Part shown: one piece after another, positions 54,320 to 64,000 of the stretch | How the letters are laid out: each line of letters opens with the position of its first letter | Numbering within the stretch: the first letter of the stretch is position 1 | The notes under the pieces: model-generated | Told to the model about the DNA's origin: nothing | The model's database searches: none | The model's input: the letters and a program-made list of their open reading frames with translations, nothing else | Position numbers and translations under genes: made by a program | IMG/VR virus record: IMGVR_UViG_3300032315_001715 | Span: 372,001-436,000 of that record | Length of the DNA: 64,000 nucleotides | Reading direction: 5' to 3' (one strand)

Positions 54320-57202
54320 TTAAGCCTGTGCTTCTTTCCAGGCCAAGCGGGCTGCAACTGATGCGTTAGTCGCCAACGGAGTCACGCATACTGTGATGAT
54401 ATCCGGGCCGTCTGGAAAGATGTTTGCAGGAGTGGTGGGAGCAGTCAGGGTGTTTCCTCCGCCCAAAATACTGTTACCAATATCACGAATCTCACTTAAA
54501 CTCGATGTAGTAACAGAATTAATTGGCACAATAGATGTGTAGATTGATTCACCACCTGAGATTGTGGCAGTATTTCCGTGTGTTGCAAATTGTGCCAGAC
54601 TGGAGCCACCCACGGCAGCAAATGTGCCTGTGCTCACCCTACCATTTAAAAGCAATTCCACACGCACAGCAGCAGTGGTTGTATAAACACCAATACTGGC
54701 GGGTGCCAATTGCATGCGATTGATGATTTCTCTTGCACCCAGCAAACCGGTACTACCATTGTCCACAGTGGGTGCTAGTCGGATACTGAACACGGGATAA
54801 CGGGTGCCTGCTGTGGCATAGATAGACTGTGTGTTTTGACCATAGTTGAACAAGAATGATTTATCATCGTCATAGCGTCCGTCCATGATCACCGAACTAC
54901 CCCAGTGACTGATTGTGCTGGCAACCTGTGGACTGTACAATTCCACCATCACAGGTGCTGTGCCACCCGGGTTGCCCGCAGTGGCACCAGTCACAGTGAA
55001 TGTGGTGGCTGTGGTACCGCCTGTTTGTGCTCTAGCCGCAATGGTCAAAGTGGTGGCAGTTTTGGCACTATATGTTATGTATTCAATTGCACCAGCTGTG
55101 GCGGCGGGTGTGTACAATACTGCTGTGCCACTGGGAGGCCAGCCTGTGGTGTCTGCCACACTGATGGTTCCACCCGTGCTGGTGGCACTGGACAAGGTGG
55201 CTGTCAGGTATGTGTAATAGGACAAGTGATTTACTTCGTATCGTGCGGGCAGGTTACCTGACCGCATGTATGCTTCTGTGTTCACGTTGTTGTTGGGAAT
55301 TCTGTGGCAATATATGACCTCGCCACGATTATTTTTAAATCCAAATCGCACCGCGCCCGCACCATACCAGGTATAGTCTGCATAGAACATCTGCATCTTG
55401 GTCAGGTCCAAATTGAATTGACTTGCACCAGTTCCGTCGCATTTATCAATATTCCATGCACTTTGTGGATATCTGGTGTTAATAGTTTTGCTTAAAATAC
55501 CAGCGGCTAGGGTGGTTCCGCGGTATTCGGGATAGATATACATCTGTGTGTCGCTGGTGATTCCAGTAACCAAATAACTCATTCCACGGATAACAACAAA
55601 ATCTCCTTGTTTTAGCTGCTGGCTAAATTTTGTAGCAGTGCCAACCACAGATTGTACACCGTTGCTGACTGCGATTTTTCCAGCCAGCTGGGTGGTGCTG
55701 GATCGTTCAACTGCAAACAGTGTCTGCCCATCGTATTCAAAATAGAATCCATTTTGACTGTCAAACATACCCAAGCGGTTGGATGCACCATACCATGTGA
55801 AGGGGCCCACAATGATGTTGGTGCCAGTGGCAGGTGAAGCACTGGGCGTGGATCCAGCAGTGTAGGTGAATGTCAATTGAGTGGCTGCAGATACAACTGT
55901 AAAGGTTCCATTATAGGCTGTTTCGTTACAGCCAGACACTCTGACCACTGCGCCAGCGAATAAACCATGGGGGTATTTTGTGGTCACGGTGACAGTTGCG
56001 CCTGAGCTGGTTACGTTATCCAGTGCCAGTGTGGGCTTGACAATGCTGCCAGTGGAGAATTGAATGCCTTTGCCACTCTGATAACGGAATTGGCGACGGG
56101 TTTGACGCATGACCTGATAACCATGGTAGGGGATCACGTTGGTGAATTGCACACCACCATCGAACGGTCTGTGTTCCACATAACCCAGTGCTCGGGGGTA
56201 CAAGCTGGCATTTGCACCTGCTGCTAGTGTTACTGTGCCTGTGGCAGTTGTGGCAAATGTGAACACGCTGTTGGACGGGGTTGTGGCCACAATCCAGCTG
56301 GAGTTGATGGTGCCTGCTGCGGTGCCTGATCCACTGGTGCCCGTGGTGCCGTTGATGTAAACTGAATCACCCACCCTCAAGCCGTGCGCATATGTGGTGG
56401 TCACAGTGCCCACTGAGCCGCTGAGTGAGATGCTGGTACAGGGAATACCTGCACCGGTGTAGAAAAATGCAGGATAAAAGTATGTTTTTGTTGCATCATA
56501 TAATGCTGCGGCTGGGGCGGTGGTGCATGTAAACTGAATGTTGGTGTTGGAGTTCACCACCTCAATTATCCACCATCCATCTGCGTTGGCCACATCCAAA
56601 GTACCAAAAATGAAAAATGGAGTGCCCACTGTGAGGCCAGTGGTGTTGGGCATGGCCACGGTGACGGTTCTACCGCTTGCGGTCACGTTGGTGATGCTGT
56701 AGTTGCTGGCATTTGAGCCATTGAATACTACTGGCTGTGCTGTGCTGGTTATTGGTTGGGTGGGATCATAAAATGCACTGGGACGATTGTTTAGCAGGTT
56801 TAGGCTTTCCCATTTAGTGCTTTGTAAACCATATTCAAAGTCCGTGTCAATCAATGACTGTGGTGTGGACACACGCAATTTATCCACCGGGTCACGCAAC
56901 ACCTCTGAGGGCGTGATTTCCTGATAAGTTTCTTCCACCAATATAGAAATCTTGTCAGTTGAGTTCATTGAACCAGTGGCATAACTTAGAACAATTGTGG
57001 CAGTTTCCTGCCCTGTGGTTGCGTCCACAGTGTTGGTGACAGTTCCCATCAGACTGGGATCACTGAAGTTATAGATGACTGTGCCTGTGGTCACGTTGGT
57101 GATCAACAACAACTGTTCCTTGCGGATGTTTTTACCTGTGACCACCACGGTTTTTGTGCTGGGGGTAAATGTATAGCTTTCCAGTATTACGTGCTTTGCC
57201 AT
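54320..57202 (-). CDS. large virion structural protein
   Basis: 960 aa Thr-rich; LRVSTPQSLIDTDFEYG, WYGAGAVRFG. Confidence 0.85.
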   Translation of the reverse strand: MAKHVILESYTFTPSTKTVVVTGKNIRKEQLLLITNVTTGTVIYNFSDPSLMGTVTNTVDATTGQETATIVLSYATGSMNSTDKISILVEETYQEITPSEVLRDPVDKLRVSTPQSLIDTDFEYGLQSTKWESLNLLNNRPSAFYDPTQPITSTAQPVVFNGSNASNYSITNVTASGRTVTVAMPNTTGLTVGTPFFIFGTLDVANADGWWIIEVVNSNTNIQFTCTTAPAAALYDATKTYFYPAFFYTGAGIPCTSISLSGSVGTVTTTYAHGLRVGDSVYINGTTGTSGSGTAAGTINSSWIVATTPSNSVFTFATTATGTVTLAAGANASLYPRALGYVEHRPFDGGVQFTNVIPYHGYQVMRQTRRQFRYQSGKGIQFSTGSIVKPTLALDNVTSSGATVTVTTKYPHGLFAGAVVRVSGCNETAYNGTFTVVSAATQLTFTYTAGSTPSASPATGTNIIVGPFTWYGASNRLGMFDSQNGFYFEYDGQTLFAVERSSTTQLAGKIAVSNGVQSVVGTATKFSQQLKQGDFVVIRGMSYLVTGITSDTQMYIYPEYRGTTLAAGILSKTINTRYPQSAWNIDKCDGTGASQFNLDLTKMQMFYADYTWYGAGAVRFGFKNNRGEVIYCHRIPNNNVNTEAYMRSGNLPARYEVNHLSYYTYLTATLSSATSTGGTISVADTTGWPPSGTAVLYTPAATAGAIEYITYSAKTATTLTIAARAQTGGTTATTFTVTGATAGNPGGTAPVMVELYSPQVASTISHWGSSVIMDGRYDDDKSFLFNYGQNTQSIYATAGTRYPVFSIRLAPTVDNGSTGLLGAREIINRMQLAPASIGVYTTTAAVRVELLLNGRVSTGTFAAVGGSSLAQFATHGNTATISGGESIYTSIVPINSVTTSSLSEIRDIGNSILGGGNTLTAPTTPANIFPDGPDIITVCVTPLATNASVAARLAWKEAQA

Positions 57203-57208
57203 TTTAAA

Positions 57209-57817
57209 TTAATCTCCTAACGCGATCGTTGTTGCTGAATATGGATACGATCTTGTTTGTTTGCTTGCTGATATACTTAGCTGTGTTACTGATATCTGAG
57301 ATCCAACATCTGGCGCATTGTAAATAACCAACTGATTTGCCGTTGTCCCCGTGGTAACCACGGCAAATCCTTTGTTATTAATGAACGTGTTAATCCAAGG
57401 ATACGTTCTTTCCGTCACATATGGAGGGATCATTCTTCCGTTTACAACAACCTGTAAATCCTTGTTATCAACTATTCCGGTTACGGCGGTTTGATCGATC
57501 AATAACGGGAACACCGCTTTTAGGCCGTCTGCCTGATTGGAAATATCGTTGAGTACCAGCGGTAATCCTGTTCGTAGGATTATTGTACCGCCAACATACA
57601 GGTTTCCGCTGATGCTAGCGTCGCCAAATGCTGATAGCGTGTTACCAGTGGTGATGGTGGTGGCGGTTCCAATGCCTACGTTGCCGGTAGAACTGATGAT
57701 GATTGACCCAACAGCACGAACGTTACTGCCGTCACCAACCGACAACACTGATCCCTGCGCATACGTGACGTTGCCGTCCGATGCATATAGGCTCGATAGT
57801 GGTACGTTATATGCCAT
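57209..57817 (-). CDS. virion structural protein
   Basis: GNVGIGT motif, operonic position. Confidence 0.75.
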   Translation of the reverse strand: MAYNVPLSSLYASDGNVTYAQGSVLSVGDGSNVRAVGSIIISSTGNVGIGTATTITTGNTLSAFGDASISGNLYVGGTIILRTGLPLVLNDISNQADGLKAVFPLLIDQTAVTGIVDNKDLQVVVNGRMIPPYVTERTYPWINTFINNKGFAVVTTGTTANQLVIYNAPDVGSQISVTQLSISASKQTRSYPYSATTIALGD

Positions 57818-57872
57818 GGCTGTTTTCCAGATGTATTGATATATTTACCAGCATAAACTCCCGATGATCATT

Positions 57873-64000
<6,128 letters not shown>

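Overview
Segment of a large lytic (jumbo) myophage genome, probably infecting an alphaproteobacterium (inference from gene content, not a database result). 1-11 kb: accessory genes (Nudix, Thg1, radical SAM, QueC-like, outer-membrane beta-barrel, PspA/DUF2491 module, histidine phosphatase). 11-42.5 kb: a minus-strand array of about 60 tRNA genes covering all 20 amino acids. It is interleaved with free-standing endonucleases, broken tRNA halves, about 10 tRNA-like RNAs with rewired arms, structured intergenic RNAs and modification enzymes. 43-64 kb: exonuclease, split DnaE fragment, GroES, macrodomain, clamp loader and tail-fibre genes. Main finding: the head of the array (42764-42967, minus strand) is a promoter, then a 25-codon leader peptide (MITMNYRVELFSHWAQKPDTRGSAT; 19 of 20 amino acids, 18 consecutive different residues), then mutually exclusive antiterminator/terminator hairpins and a boxA-like site. 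This looks like a pan-tRNA-sensing attenuator. Second finding: three tRNA genes (Thr, Asn, Lys) carry 43-95 nt anticodon-loop inserts sharing a stem-CCAAGA 3' end. Third finding: endonuclease genes sit at the anticodon of tRNA 5' halves. All tRNA and RNA structure calls were made by eye; coordinates may be off by 1-2 nt.
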